Source: an uncultured Pseudomonadales bacterium
GTDB taxonomy: Bacteria > Patescibacteriota > Microgenomatia > UBA1400 > PJMF01
Direction of reading: 5' to 3'
DNA: 64,000 bases
Assembly (NCBI GenBank): GCA_964555515.1
Contig: CAZKSJ010000002.1
Location: forward strand, 537 to 64,536
Part shown: positions 1-10,052 of the stretch, one piece after another
How positions within the stretch are numbered: the stretch's first letter is position 1
Layout of the letters: every line of letters begins with the position of its first letter
Program-made: the position numbers and the translations under genes
Notes under the pieces: generated by a model
Database searches by the model: none
Told to the model about the DNA's origin: nothing
The model's input: only the letters and a program-made list of their open reading frames with translations

Positions 1-398
1 TTTCCAGCGCGCTTATCAATCGCAACATACAATTTCTTAACAACTCGTATTTGATCTTCTGCAGAAGATATCTTCTGTTTCACAGCCCAAGCTAACCAAC
101 TTTGGAGTACAACAAATATTGATGAATATTGCGTAAGAAGCTCTTTACTACTGAGTAATTCGGTGACCTGAATTAATCCTTGGCCAATGGCACTAAACTG
201 TACAATTTCTGAAAAATATTGTCCCTTACTATCAAGGATGCGCTGAAAGTCGAGTAGATCTTGATAAAGCTGTGGATAAGCTTGCGTTATCAGCCCGGTG
301 ATAAATTCAAATGCTTCAATATCGCGCTTCTCTAGCGCTGTTAGTTCTCCACTTGGTTCTGGTCTGATGGGATGTGAATCACCCTGTTCTGGCAACAT
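1..398 (-). CDS. Hypothetical protein; 5' part only, the ORF runs off the window start.
   Basis: Open reading frame on the minus strand from ATG at 398 (MLPEQGDSHPIRPEPSG...) with no stop before position 1. A TATAAT box lies 7 nt upstream of the ATG. Confidence 0.4.
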   Translation of the reverse strand, partial: MLPEQGDSHPIRPEPSGELTALEKRDIEAFEFITGLITQAYPQLYQDLLDFQRILDSKGQYFSEIVQFSAIGQGLIQVTELLSSKELLTQYSSIFVVLQSWLAWAVKQKISSAEDQIRVVKKLYVAIDKRAG

Positions 399-532
399 GT
401 CCTATATTATATCTAAATTTGCCTGATAGGCAACCTGTTATGATTGAACAAGTGAATCATGAAGTTCAAGATATATATTTAGAATATTTTGAAGGTAAAT
501 GGTGGGGGTATCGATTATTGACCAAACGAATC

Positions 533-949
533 TCATGCCGCCTCATCAGAGGACAGTTTTTTCTTGTTTCTAAGTCTAACCATTTGTCCAAAAAGCTCTT
601 TATTGACCTGTTTTTTCATTTGTATCCACAAGACTATCACACTTTCTAACAAAGCTTTGTCGGCACAACACTCCTTCGCCAAGTGATCTAAATTGGTCTC
701 GCCCTGAATAATCTGGCAGATTACTTGCCCAATTTGTGATTCCGCTCTCAGGTTTATTGAATAATTTACACCTGGCTCTGAATTTTGGGCAATTACTAAT
801 CTACTGAAGAACTTATGCTCTCTTCTGAGGTGAGTTAAAAATTGATGAAAACATAAAAGGGTATCGGCGTCGATAATTTTTTCCAGCTGCTTGCACTTGT
901 CCACCGATTCACCTACCGAATCTGAGGGGTAGGATTCAAGTATCCTCAT
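533..949 (-). CDS. Hypothetical protein (138 aa).
   Basis: ORF in the six-frame track with no recognisable motif. Same strand and immediately upstream of the partial ORF at 1..398. Confidence 0.35.
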   Translation of the reverse strand: MRILESYPSDSVGESVDKCKQLEKIIDADTLLCFHQFLTHLRREHKFFSRLVIAQNSEPGVNYSINLRAESQIGQVICQIIQGETNLDHLAKECCADKALLESVIVLWIQMKKQVNKELFGQMVRLRNKKKLSSDEAA

Positions 950-1046
950 CTTGAAAGTACTATAACAGCATCAACTAGACTTTGCAAATTGAAGGGTGGA
1001 TATTGAGCGAAAAGTGCTGCCTGACAGTAGTTAAGCTAAGTGCAAC

Positions 1047-1973
1047 TTACATTGCTTGCTTAGATTTATACCACTCCACTACCCGCCTCACTCCTTCGTC
1101 AAACTCCACCTTAGGCTGCCAATCAAGTACTTGTTGTGCTTTTTGGTAGGAAAGTGAGCTCGTCACTTGCTCGCCAGGTCTCTCTGACCCGTGTTGTTCG
1201 GGTATTGTTAAACCAAATTGCGTTACTACTTTATGAAAAACCTCATTGGTGCTAATTTCCTTGCCGGTGCCAATATTTAGTGCACCCACAAAACCACTAT
1301 CTACAGCGGCAACGTTGGCCTTGACTACGTCATCAATGTAAACGTAATCTCTGGTGTGGGTGCCATCGCCATTGATGATGGGCTGCTTGCCTTCGGCGAT
1401 CATTTCGCTAAAGATCGCGATCACGCCAGATTCGCCGTGCGGATTTTGGCGTGGACCATAGACGTTGGAGTAGCGAAGCACAATATGGGGAATCCCATAT
1501 TGCTCATGATAATAATTCAAGTATAACTCTCCCGCGCGTTTAGACACACCATAGGGTGAAAGTGGTTCTTCTTTCATTTCTTCTGTAAATGGAGTAGGTT
1601 TGTTACCATACATGGCGCCACCCGTGGATGCCATAATAATCTTTTGAACACTTACCTCTTTGGCGGCTTCCATGATGTGGAGCAATCCTAAAATATTGTT
1701 TATGGCGTCAAACTGGGGATCTCTGACTGAGTTGCCAACCTGAATATGAGCGGCATGGTGATTAATGAGCTGGGGGTTTTCTTCTCTGACAATTTGCTGA
1801 ATTCGCTCTTTGTCTGTGATATCGGCTTGAATAAACCGAGCTTGTCCATTGACGAACTCTTGTTTGCCAGTAGAGAGATTATCCACCACGACCACTTCGT
1901 GCCCGGCGGCACAGTAGGCATCCACCACGTGTGAACCAATAAACCCAGCGCCACCAGTTACCAATATTTTCAT
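1047..1973 (-). CDS. NAD-dependent nucleotide-sugar epimerase of the SDR family (UDP-hexose 4-epimerase-like, GalE type).
   Basis: N-terminal Rossmann motif VTGGAGFIGSH and catalytic YGVSK (YxxxK). Length and layout typical of GalE/WbpP-type epimerases. Confidence 0.8.
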   Translation of the reverse strand: MKILVTGGAGFIGSHVVDAYCAAGHEVVVVDNLSTGKQEFVNGQARFIQADITDKERIQQIVREENPQLINHHAAHIQVGNSVRDPQFDAINNILGLLHIMEAAKEVSVQKIIMASTGGAMYGNKPTPFTEEMKEEPLSPYGVSKRAGELYLNYYHEQYGIPHIVLRYSNVYGPRQNPHGESGVIAIFSEMIAEGKQPIINGDGTHTRDYVYIDDVVKANVAAVDSGFVGALNIGTGKEISTNEVFHKVVTQFGLTIPEQHGSERPGEQVTSSLSYQKAQQVLDWQPKVEFDEGVRRVVEWYKSKQAM

Positions 1974-1983
1974 AAATGCTCCT

Positions 1984-3243
1984 TTATGCTACCCATAATC
2001 CTTGAATAAATAAGACCGTATTAATCAATAATAGTATACCGGAAAATATCCAAATCCAGCGCCAGCGTGGAAATTTATCGAGTTGAATGCCTGCCCAAAC
2101 AAAGACTGGAAATGCCACCAGGAGGTATCTGGGCATGCTGGAGAGAGTGCCAGTCGTTGTGGGGAGCAAGACCGCAAGCGTCGTAAAGATAAGCCAGGAG
2201 TGTTTTATGCGTTTCTCCTGCATCCACAGCCAACCAATGATGATCAGGAAACTTATCGTCAAGAAAAACTCTTGGGCGTAGGTCAGCCATGTCAAGCTGA
2301 AAGGTACTGTCATCATAATTTTTAGACCCCGCCAAAGAGTTTGCGGCAATAAGATCAGATGCTCTTGCCTGCCTGCCCCGAACTCTGCTTGGACATGCAA
2401 GAAATAGAGAGGATCGCGGAACTCTCCCCACAAAAACAACATGTAAATGCCAATGCCAACTAAACCGAGGAGTGAAGAAATGACTTGCTTAGGATGGCTG
2501 CGTAGTTGCTGAGATAGTAGCTGCCAGAACTTATTCAATTTTTGAGTGAAACTCTGCTCATTGCTCTTAAATACTCGGCTGATTAGTGACGATACGTTCA
2601 GTGCCTCCCACAGTAAAGCTGGTACTAAAAACACGCCCACGACCCTAGTCGCAGCTGCAGCGGCAGCCAACAACCCAGCTAACCACCACCCTTGGTTGCC
2701 ACTAGCATAAAAAGTGCTTATCACAAGTAGTAAAAATAATGACTCTGAGTAGACCGCACCATGAAAGAAGCTGGTGGGAAATAATAAGAGTGTGATGAGG
2801 GCTAGCCAGGCTACATTGGTAGAGAATTGTTGGGCAGTGAACTTAAAAAATACCACTCCCCATAACAGGAGGGCAATGTTGCTGATCAACAGACCACTGA
2901 CAATCGTGTTATCGAACAATCGATTCAAAACCATCATTAGGTAAGGATATCCTGGAAAAAATGCTTGAATGAGTCCTGTACCAATGTATCCTTTTTCTGC
3001 AATGGTAATGTAGTGGACGCCATCAAAGTTTGCCCAAGAGTAAAGCCACTGCGGCAAGTTATATTTGGGTAATAATTCTGTAGCATATGGAAAACTAGGC
3101 TGATACATTATCAACCATGGGGCAATTATGCCAATTAAGATAAGCAGTGTTCGCCAGCCCAACAGTAATCCCATCACGGCAGATAATTCACTTTTTTTAT
3201 TTTTTAGCATTTTTGAAAAACTCCCATGTGATGACGACGACAA
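1984..3243 (-). CDS. Polytopic membrane glycosyltransferase, PIG-V/GPI-mannosyltransferase-like.
   Basis: Many predicted TM helices. Loop motif WANFDGVHYITIAEKGY...AFFPGYP resembles the PIG-V family signature. The true start is probably an internal Met, because the first ~40 nt overlap the upstream gene. Confidence 0.45.
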   Translation of the reverse strand: MSSSSHGSFSKMLKNKKSELSAVMGLLLGWRTLLILIGIIAPWLIMYQPSFPYATELLPKYNLPQWLYSWANFDGVHYITIAEKGYIGTGLIQAFFPGYPYLMMVLNRLFDNTIVSGLLISNIALLLWGVVFFKFTAQQFSTNVAWLALITLLLFPTSFFHGAVYSESLFLLLVISTFYASGNQGWWLAGLLAAAAAATRVVGVFLVPALLWEALNVSSLISRVFKSNEQSFTQKLNKFWQLLSQQLRSHPKQVISSLLGLVGIGIYMLFLWGEFRDPLYFLHVQAEFGAGRQEHLILLPQTLWRGLKIMMTVPFSLTWLTYAQEFFLTISFLIIIGWLWMQEKRIKHSWLIFTTLAVLLPTTTGTLSSMPRYLLVAFPVFVWAGIQLDKFPRWRWIWIFSGILLLINTVLFIQGLWVA

Positions 3244-4879
3244 GTCCGCTGATTGCTAACAGAGAAACCCAATTACCGATTTGCCGCGCCCAAGTATGTT
3301 GGGTGAAGCTAGACTCTACGGTGTAAGTTCCTGGATCTAATTCATATGCCAGCCGCCCAGCAATTTGGTCATTATTAATGTGATTTGCTTGATACTTATT
3401 CCCTTGATCATCGATCACAGTTGTCTCCCAGCCTGGGAAGGCCATCGTTGGCTCCACAATCGTCGCTTTTTCAAAGATACGAACCTGATAGCGTCGGTGT
3501 GAGCCAAACCACTCCTCTTCCGAAAACTCTCCTTGCCCACCCACCAAAACTAGCTCCTTATCCCAGTTAGGCATCTGATCAAACTGAGCTGTGACTGGTA
3601 AATTTTCATTATTGGTGGAGGTTGATTGGGTAAAAGCATCATAATCCACATTGGTTCGGTGAAAAAAGTCGGCTGGTTGAGCAGCCACAGCGGTACCAAG
3701 TTGGATAGCTAAGCCAATCACCAATAGACTCCGTGCAAATCTCCCACCTTCTGCCCAGATCCAGACCATCGGCACGAGCAAGAGCATGGGCAAATAGAGT
3801 GATAATCGCCAGGGGAATTGGATGAAGTTGGCAAGTGGGATCAGCTGCCAAATCGGTTCAGTCTGTTTGAGCTGAAATAACACAACAAGCAAAGCAAAGA
3901 ACAGCAACACCATCACGAGCTGATGATGAACTCGACAACTCTTAATAATCCTCTGCCAACCAATTAGAACCAATCCCAGGAGGATGGATACTAAAAAGGG
4001 CCAACCAATCTGAAAAGAGAGACTGTCTACAACTCCTGGATAAGAGAAACCAAACTGAACTGGTGAAAACAGTAATTGATTAAACTTAGGAAAGTGTTGA
4101 GCAAATTGATCTGCATTTTTGGCCTGATCAAGCACGATCATTGATTTTTCTGCCAAAGCCGGCAACCAAAACCATAAGCTTAATAAAATACCAAGCACCA
4201 AACTACCTAGCCAAGTCAACAACTTGCGATAATTAGATCTCATCCTAAGCAGTGCGTAAATTCCTAAGATGGGCAGAGCAAAAACCGCGCTGATATTATG
4301 ACTGAGTAAAAAAGCGGCTGTCAGAACCGACCAAACTCCAAATTGCCGCCATTGCCATTGACGATTAGCCAAAATTGATTCTATGACCCACAGCATCCAG
4401 GGAAATAGAGCATAGGCCATCACTTCACCAATATTACCGCGAAAGTTAATTAAGTTGATCAAATAGATCGAACTCACCCAACTACTGATGGCGATCACGT
4501 TTGCCCATCTAGAACTCGATTTAAAAACCAGATTTAGCCACAAATAGCCCCCCACCGCTCCAAAAATGATCGACAGACTCATCAATGCTTTAAACGTTAC
4601 TTCATAATTCAACTTGATGAATGAACCAGGCAAAGAAAGTATATTTGCCAGCGGGTAGTTATAGTTGAAAACGGGGTAGCCATACCTATTCATCAAATTA
4701 GGCGCCCAACGTGGTGGCAGCTGACCCTCGCGCAAGGCAATTTTATAATTTGCAAAACGTGCCAAGTGATTTTCACCGTCGTGGGTGTAAGGTACACCAA
4801 TCTGCATGTAATTATGCAGTAAAAACCAAATTGCCAAGATGACTAACAGCCAGGGCCAATGGTTGCGGATAAATTTCAT
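3197..4879 (-). CDS. GT-C-fold integral membrane glycosyltransferase, YfhO/PTPS-related family (paralog 1 of 3).
   Basis: N-terminal polytopic domain with the conserved motif YTHDGENHLARF...GYPVFNYNYP. C-terminal soluble domain contains FPGW and ends in a TM anchor. Same architecture as the ORFs at 10049 and 23994. Confidence 0.5.
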   Translation of the reverse strand: MKFIRNHWPWLLVILAIWFLLHNYMQIGVPYTHDGENHLARFANYKIALREGQLPPRWAPNLMNRYGYPVFNYNYPLANILSLPGSFIKLNYEVTFKALMSLSIIFGAVGGYLWLNLVFKSSSRWANVIAISSWVSSIYLINLINFRGNIGEVMAYALFPWMLWVIESILANRQWQWRQFGVWSVLTAAFLLSHNISAVFALPILGIYALLRMRSNYRKLLTWLGSLVLGILLSLWFWLPALAEKSMIVLDQAKNADQFAQHFPKFNQLLFSPVQFGFSYPGVVDSLSFQIGWPFLVSILLGLVLIGWQRIIKSCRVHHQLVMVLLFFALLVVLFQLKQTEPIWQLIPLANFIQFPWRLSLYLPMLLLVPMVWIWAEGGRFARSLLVIGLAIQLGTAVAAQPADFFHRTNVDYDAFTQSTSTNNENLPVTAQFDQMPNWDKELVLVGGQGEFSEEEWFGSHRRYQVRIFEKATIVEPTMAFPGWETTVIDDQGNKYQANHINNDQIAGRLAYELDPGTYTVESSFTQHTWARQIGNWVSLLAISGLVVVITWEFFKNAKK

Positions 4880-5910
4880 GATAACACTTGCTTGTAAACC
4901 TTAATTGTATCTTCGGCAGTTTTCTTCCAGGTGAATCCAGCCGCCCAGTGGGCAGCATCAAGCAGCCACTGCTCTCGAGATCGATTAGACCAAGATAGTA
5001 CTTCCTTGACACCCTCGGCGATAGCGTCCGACAATGGCTCGACATAGATGGCGTGTGATCCGCCAACTTCTGGCAATGAACCGCGTTTGGTGGCAACTAC
5101 AGGCGTCTGGCAATGCATCGCCTCCAATACTGGCAAGCCAAATCCTTCCGATAAAGACGGCTGCACATAACAAAGCGCGCCATTATAAATTGCTGCTAAA
5201 TCGGCGTTATCTTCTAAGCCAATGGTACTGATAAAATGCACTCTATCCGCTAGTTTATTTTTACTCATCGCCAACTTGATAGCTTGCCACTCAGGTATAG
5301 ACTGCTCCCGAAAGTTTTTGCCAATACAGACCAGCGTTATACCAGTCGGCAGATCGGCCACTGCTTTGATCAATTCTGGCAAGTTTTTATTATAATTTAT
5401 ATCCCCAACATACAGGATATATTTTTTTGGAATTTGATATTTATTGCTAATGGTCTCAATTGAAGAGGCATTTCCCAAACTAATATTTGGGTTTGCTGCC
5501 AAAGGTACGACGTGCATCTTCTCCTGCCTAATCCGCAGCAGCTCGGCTATTTGTTGCTTGGAATACTCTGAATCAGTAATCACAGCCTGCGCAAACCATA
5601 AACTGAGCTCTTGGCGTAATAAATTAAAACTGCCCCGTAAACCAGGGTGATGGGCTTTTGGAAATTCAAGTGGGATGACGTCATGAATAGTTACCACTGT
5701 TTTCTTTGACCTGTTGATGGGCAAAGTCGCTTTAAATAGATCAAAATAAGGATAGTGAACTAAGTCAGCTTGCCACCAGTTGTCATGGGGTGAAGTAAGT
5801 ATTTCTACTTTTTCCTCACGCAAAGCATCAATCAAACATTGGGTATACCTGCCAATCCCTCTGATTTGATGGCCAGTATGCAAGGGCAAGGTGTCAATAT
5901 AAATTTTCAT
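4876..5910 (-). CDS. Glycosyltransferase family 4 (GT-B fold).
   Basis: C-terminal EGFGLPVLEAMHCQTPVV matches the GT4 E-x7-E/EAMA signature. Overlaps its neighbour by 4 nt (ATGA). Confidence 0.8.
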   Translation of the reverse strand: MKIYIDTLPLHTGHQIRGIGRYTQCLIDALREEKVEILTSPHDNWWQADLVHYPYFDLFKATLPINRSKKTVVTIHDVIPLEFPKAHHPGLRGSFNLLRQELSLWFAQAVITDSEYSKQQIAELLRIRQEKMHVVPLAANPNISLGNASSIETISNKYQIPKKYILYVGDINYNKNLPELIKAVADLPTGITLVCIGKNFREQSIPEWQAIKLAMSKNKLADRVHFISTIGLEDNADLAAIYNGALCYVQPSLSEGFGLPVLEAMHCQTPVVATKRGSLPEVGGSHAIYVEPLSDAIAEGVKEVLSWSNRSREQWLLDAAHWAAGFTWKKTAEDTIKVYKQVLS

Positions 5911-6695
5911 GCCTTAGACTTTTCTCTGAGTGCCCAAACCTTAAACAAAACAAACGGATGATGCAGGCTACTCATTAAAGCAAAAATAAAGCCGCTCATG
6001 CCGTCCACATAACCACGATGGTGAAAAAACATGGAAAACAGTGTTGAGATTGGTTTGACAATCAAATACTGCCAAATGGTTGATTTTTGGATTGGCAAAA
6101 GATCAAGGCTAACTCGAGTGGCTTCAAATGAGGTATAAGTATTAAATTTTCTCATGTAGGCACTAAAATTGGGATATGGGTAATGAAGTAAGTGACCCTG
6201 AGCAACTCCAATTGCGCCATCGACCGTCATTTGCTCATGCACATTCTGCTGTGGTAATCTAGCCTTGCCCCTGATGTACAATCTGATCACTTCATCTGGA
6301 TACTGACCGCCTTTAGTCAATACGCGCCCAAAGAAATGATTGTAGCGAGCAATTTTCCAGGCCACTGGATCTTGTTTGTAGCTACCCTGCGCCAACTGAG
6401 TGGCTAGATTAGTAATGAAATCAGCCAAGATATTTTCGACCACTTCGTCGGCATCGAGTTGAAGAATTAAATCTCCCGTAGCAGCATCCATGGCCAGCTG
6501 TTTATTAATGTGAAAGTTTGGCTTGTTGGTGGTAGCTATTACCTTAGCACCAAACTTTTTAGCAATTTCTACAGTTTGATCAGTGGATTCGCCATCGGCA
6601 ATCACAATTTCATCGGCAAACCTCTTCACACTCTCCAAGCATCGTCCTAGGTTTAGTGCTTCATTGTGAGTGGCGAGGACAACAGAAATTTTCAT
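5907..6695 (-). CDS. Glycosyltransferase family 2.
   Basis: N-terminal ISVVLATHNEALNLGRCLESV...IVIADGESTD, a typical GT2 (GT-A) start. Coupled to the upstream gene by a 4-nt overlap. Confidence 0.75.
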   Translation of the reverse strand: MKISVVLATHNEALNLGRCLESVKRFADEIVIADGESTDQTVEIAKKFGAKVIATTNKPNFHINKQLAMDAATGDLILQLDADEVVENILADFITNLATQLAQGSYKQDPVAWKIARYNHFFGRVLTKGGQYPDEVIRLYIRGKARLPQQNVHEQMTVDGAIGVAQGHLLHYPYPNFSAYMRKFNTYTSFEATRVSLDLLPIQKSTIWQYLIVKPISTLFSMFFHHRGYVDGMSGFIFALMSSLHHPFVLFKVWALREKSKA

Positions 6696-6719
6696 ATTAT
6701 TTTATTAACTATATTAGAC

Positions 6720-8345
6720 TTAGAACTGACTCAATTGCCAAGTGTCACCTGTCCATTCAACTAATAACTGCTCTTCATCTCGGTCAGCTGGCTGACCAAT
6801 AAAATGATATTGGGCTACTTGTTGACCATACCTAAAACCAATTCTATCAGGTGCTTGTCTAATCACCGAGGAGAAAAACTCTTCGGGAGTGATTTTTAGA
6901 TACCAACTGAGCAGAATATACTGGTAACCGCTAGGGTCGACAATGGCGACGGCTTTATCTTGCGACTGATCATCAACGCGTTTGATAAATTCATCAAAGT
7001 CCGACTGAAAAATAGTGGTTTGGTGTGATGGATAGCGAGTAAAGTAGGCGATTAAGTAACGGCTAAAACAAATCAAGCTGACCAAAGACAACCCGACAAA
7101 TATGGATAACTCAAGTTTTCTCTTAGATATTTTCCTTATCGTGGCTATTCTTGGCAAAATATCCGCGAATACCAAGCTGATAATGATCGGTATCCAGGCA
7201 AGAAATAATAAACTACGAGTGGTATGGGGAGCGTCAGCGGTGATGGTGGCTGGTGCTAGCGCTATGATCAACACATACAACGCGATCAGCATTCGACCAA
7301 GTGATGAATTCATCCAAGGCTGGGCTATTGATTTAAAAAATGATTTGTTACCGCGAACCCGGCCAATCAGGTGAGAACTCGCTCTGTACATGATCCAAAA
7401 GATAGAAACTATCAGCAGCGCATAGACCAACCAATTGATATGACCCCAACCAGGTATAGAGTGCCATGGATGCGCCCCACCATTCACAACCAAGAAGTTG
7501 ACACCAAAGCTCGCGATCACTCTTTCAATAATTAATCGCCCATAATAAACATATTGGTTCCCAAATAAATTTAACCAGATACCCGAGAATTGAGCTCTAT
7601 AGGATGGATAAGCAGTAACAATTGTTTCATCAGCAAAGATGGTGATAGCACTTTTTTGAGTAGTTAAGGGAGCGAGGATCATCCACACAGCCATGAAGAC
7701 AATTAGTAGTCCAATTGATGTCACCACCCAGTTTCGATAACTGCGAGCGCCACGCATCACCAATATTAAGACAGCAAAAAAAGGCATGAGTAGCAGGGGT
7801 GTGTTATAAGTCAACGAGCAAATGACCAATAAAATTAGGGCTAATAAATCTCGCCACCAGATAAACTTGCTGTTCATCAATAAGATGAGCGCAGAGATGA
7901 GAATCCCAAGAGCCAGGTTGGCTTCAAAAGCCATTCTTGAGTAAAAGAAAAATACGGGCGATGAAGCTAGAATCATGGCTGCCGCTAAAGACCAGATCTG
8001 ACTCAACTTTAATCTCCTGGCTAAGATATAGATCAGCGCTGGTAGGATTGAGCCCGCCATCACCGACGGTAGCCGGACTACCCAATCTGCAGCAGGCAAC
8101 GCTTTGAAGATTATGGCAAGTAGAAATGGATATCCTGGCAACTTGTAATCGCCAAATGATTCCAAAGCCAGTGGCCAGCTTCTACCCCACTCATCTTGTC
8201 CAGTTTTTGAGAGTAGAAGTCCGTTATAGGCCAAGGCTGCTTCATCTCGATTGAGAATGTTGGGATTTTGCTCAATCTGCCAAATCCGCAGGAAAAAACT
8301 CACTACGACTACACCCAAAACTAGCCAATTATGAATTGACTTCAT
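6720..8345 (-). CDS. GT-C membrane glycosyltransferase, ArnT/PMT-like (GT39/GT83-type; family A).
   Basis: Polytopic protein. The first periplasmic loop carries NRDEAALAYNGLLLSKTGQDEWG...ESFGDYKLPGYPF, the DE...GD motif of ArnT/PMT_2 enzymes. Confidence 0.75.
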   Translation of the reverse strand: MKSIHNWLVLGVVVVSFFLRIWQIEQNPNILNRDEAALAYNGLLLSKTGQDEWGRSWPLALESFGDYKLPGYPFLLAIIFKALPAADWVVRLPSVMAGSILPALIYILARRLKLSQIWSLAAAMILASSPVFFFYSRMAFEANLALGILISALILLMNSKFIWWRDLLALILLVICSLTYNTPLLLMPFFAVLILVMRGARSYRNWVVTSIGLLIVFMAVWMILAPLTTQKSAITIFADETIVTAYPSYRAQFSGIWLNLFGNQYVYYGRLIIERVIASFGVNFLVVNGGAHPWHSIPGWGHINWLVYALLIVSIFWIMYRASSHLIGRVRGNKSFFKSIAQPWMNSSLGRMLIALYVLIIALAPATITADAPHTTRSLLFLAWIPIIISLVFADILPRIATIRKISKRKLELSIFVGLSLVSLICFSRYLIAYFTRYPSHQTTIFQSDFDEFIKRVDDQSQDKAVAIVDPSGYQYILLSWYLKITPEEFFSSVIRQAPDRIGFRYGQQVAQYHFIGQPADRDEEQLLVEWTGDTWQLSQF

Positions 8346-8459
8346 ATTACTATCTTAGCATTAATTCATTCTCAGCTGGCATAAGCTCTGTGTTTACACT
8401 CCACATAAACACGTTTCATCAATACATTCCTGGCCGCTTAAGCTATAATTTTGGGTGAA

Positions 8460-10052
8460 ATGTTACGAACTAAGACTAATAAAATATACAAATTAATCAC
8501 CCAAACAAATATTTGGATCGATAAGGCTAGCTTTTTTCAACTTAGTGTCGTATTATTTTTCTTCTCTTTTTTTGTCCACACTGTGTACGCATTAGGTCAC
8601 AATACATTTTTACAAGATTCAGCACGAGACATCCTGATTGCAGAAAACCACTTGGCTAATCAAGAGTTGATCGTTAATTATGGCCCAAAAGCGAGCGTTG
8701 GCAACTTCTACCTTCCACCATTTTACTATCAACTGCATTTAATAGTGACAGGATTGGTACCATTTTTTCCCCTTGCCATGAGATGGGTGATATTATTTGT
8801 GGAATCTTTCACTCCTGTGATGATTTTTCTACTGTTAACACTATTCATACCAAAAAGATCTGCTTTCTTCATCAGTCTATTATATGTTTTATTCCATCAA
8901 GTCTTGATTTATTCAACCCAAAGCTGGAACCCAAATATGATTCCATTTTTCACAACCAGTTTTTTGGTATGTTGGCTGTATTATATTAAAAACCATGATT
9001 ATGGATTGATTTATTTAGCTTTATTAGCTCTCGCCATCTCACTACACCTGCATTATCAGACATTCATCTTATTGCCATTTGCCTTGATAGTTTGGACTTT
9101 TTCGTTTATCAAATTTAAGACTGCAAGAAAACATTTGCTCCTCAGCCCATGGGTAGCTGCCATCCCGTTTTTGCCTTATTTGTGGGCAGAGATAACCAAT
9201 TCATTTATTAATACCCAAGCAATAATTGCTTTCTTTTCTCAAGAGCATGCGCTCTATTATGATCGGGTTTCAAAACCCGCCTATGTGTTGACATATTTTC
9301 CCTCATTTATGGAAAGATTGATATTTAGCAAAGAAATGCCTTTTCATTTCATCGGCAGCTTACTATTTTTTGGTGGCTTTTCTATTGCTTTAATTAAATC
9401 TAAGAATAATATTATTCTAAGATGGTTGTTGTTCTATTTTGGTATGGCGTTTGTGATACTAAGAGTCTTCAAAGGTGACAAATTGGATTATTACTTAATG
9501 ACTTTGTTTATATTACCCACTTTTTTATTAGCTTGCTATCGATTGATCTCAACAAGATTGACGGTTATTTTGGGTTCAATTATGCTAATTTTAATACTAT
9601 GGTATTTACCGACGCTGAAAACACATAATTTTTATCGGGACCTAAAACAAATCGTGTCGTTTATTGAAATTAAATCACCCACTCAAGATATTCAGGTCGT
9701 TTTTCACGACTTGAGTAACGCCAATTATCTTTACTACGGACTACTTAAATTTAGCAATCTCAGCATAGTGCCAGCATCAACTACTTTGGTTGATCTATGT
9801 CCTAGTTATGAAGCACAGTGCGCCTGGGACGGGATAGCCATGTGCAAACCAGGAACCCCAGATGATGAAGAAGTTTTCTGGTATGCACTCGATGCCAAGT
9901 ACCACAACGACTATAAAGTAATCAGCTACAAAAAAATTGATGATAAGTTTCAGGTAGCAATTGGTCAAGTCAACCAACCCAGATCTTTGCCAAATCACCC
10001 TCAACAGCATGACGCATCATGGTATGGTAGTGACTTCTTGATTCCTTTATGA
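8460..10052 (+). CDS. GT-C membrane glycosyltransferase, ArnT-like family B.
   Basis: Polytopic protein. Motif QDSARDILIAENHLANQELIVNYGPKASVGNFYLPPFYY aligns with the ArnT DEARY...GDW loop. Paralogous to the ORFs at 43559 and 50801. The track start at 8451 is TTG; ATG at 8460 is more likely. Confidence 0.55.
   Translation: MLRTKTNKIYKLITQTNIWIDKASFFQLSVVLFFFSFFVHTVYALGHNTFLQDSARDILIAENHLANQELIVNYGPKASVGNFYLPPFYYQLHLIVTGLVPFFPLAMRWVILFVESFTPVMIFLLLTLFIPKRSAFFISLLYVLFHQVLIYSTQSWNPNMIPFFTTSFLVCWLYYIKNHDYGLIYLALLALAISLHLHYQTFILLPFALIVWTFSFIKFKTARKHLLLSPWVAAIPFLPYLWAEITNSFINTQAIIAFFSQEHALYYDRVSKPAYVLTYFPSFMERLIFSKEMPFHFIGSLLFFGGFSIALIKSKNNIILRWLLFYFGMAFVILRVFKGDKLDYYLMTLFILPTFLLACYRLISTRLTVILGSIMLILILWYLPTLKTHNFYRDLKQIVSFIEIKSPTQDIQVVFHDLSNANYLYYGLLKFSNLSIVPASTTLVDLCPSYEAQCAWDGIAMCKPGTPDDEEVFWYALDAKYHNDYKVISYKKIDDKFQVAIGQVNQPRSLPNHPQQHDASWYGSDFLIPL

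Noticed and set aside
374-649. 91-aa plus-strand ORF
   Set aside because: It overlaps two better-supported minus-strand ORFs (1..398 and 533..949) and has no motif, so it is most likely a shadow frame.
1700-3851. Short ORFs nested inside the epimerase and membrane-transferase genes (1700..1954, 1746..1934, 2075..2431, 2083..2325, 3385..3570, 3639..3851 and similar ones elsewhere)
   Set aside because: They are alternative-frame shadows entirely contained within long ORFs that carry recognisable protein signatures.
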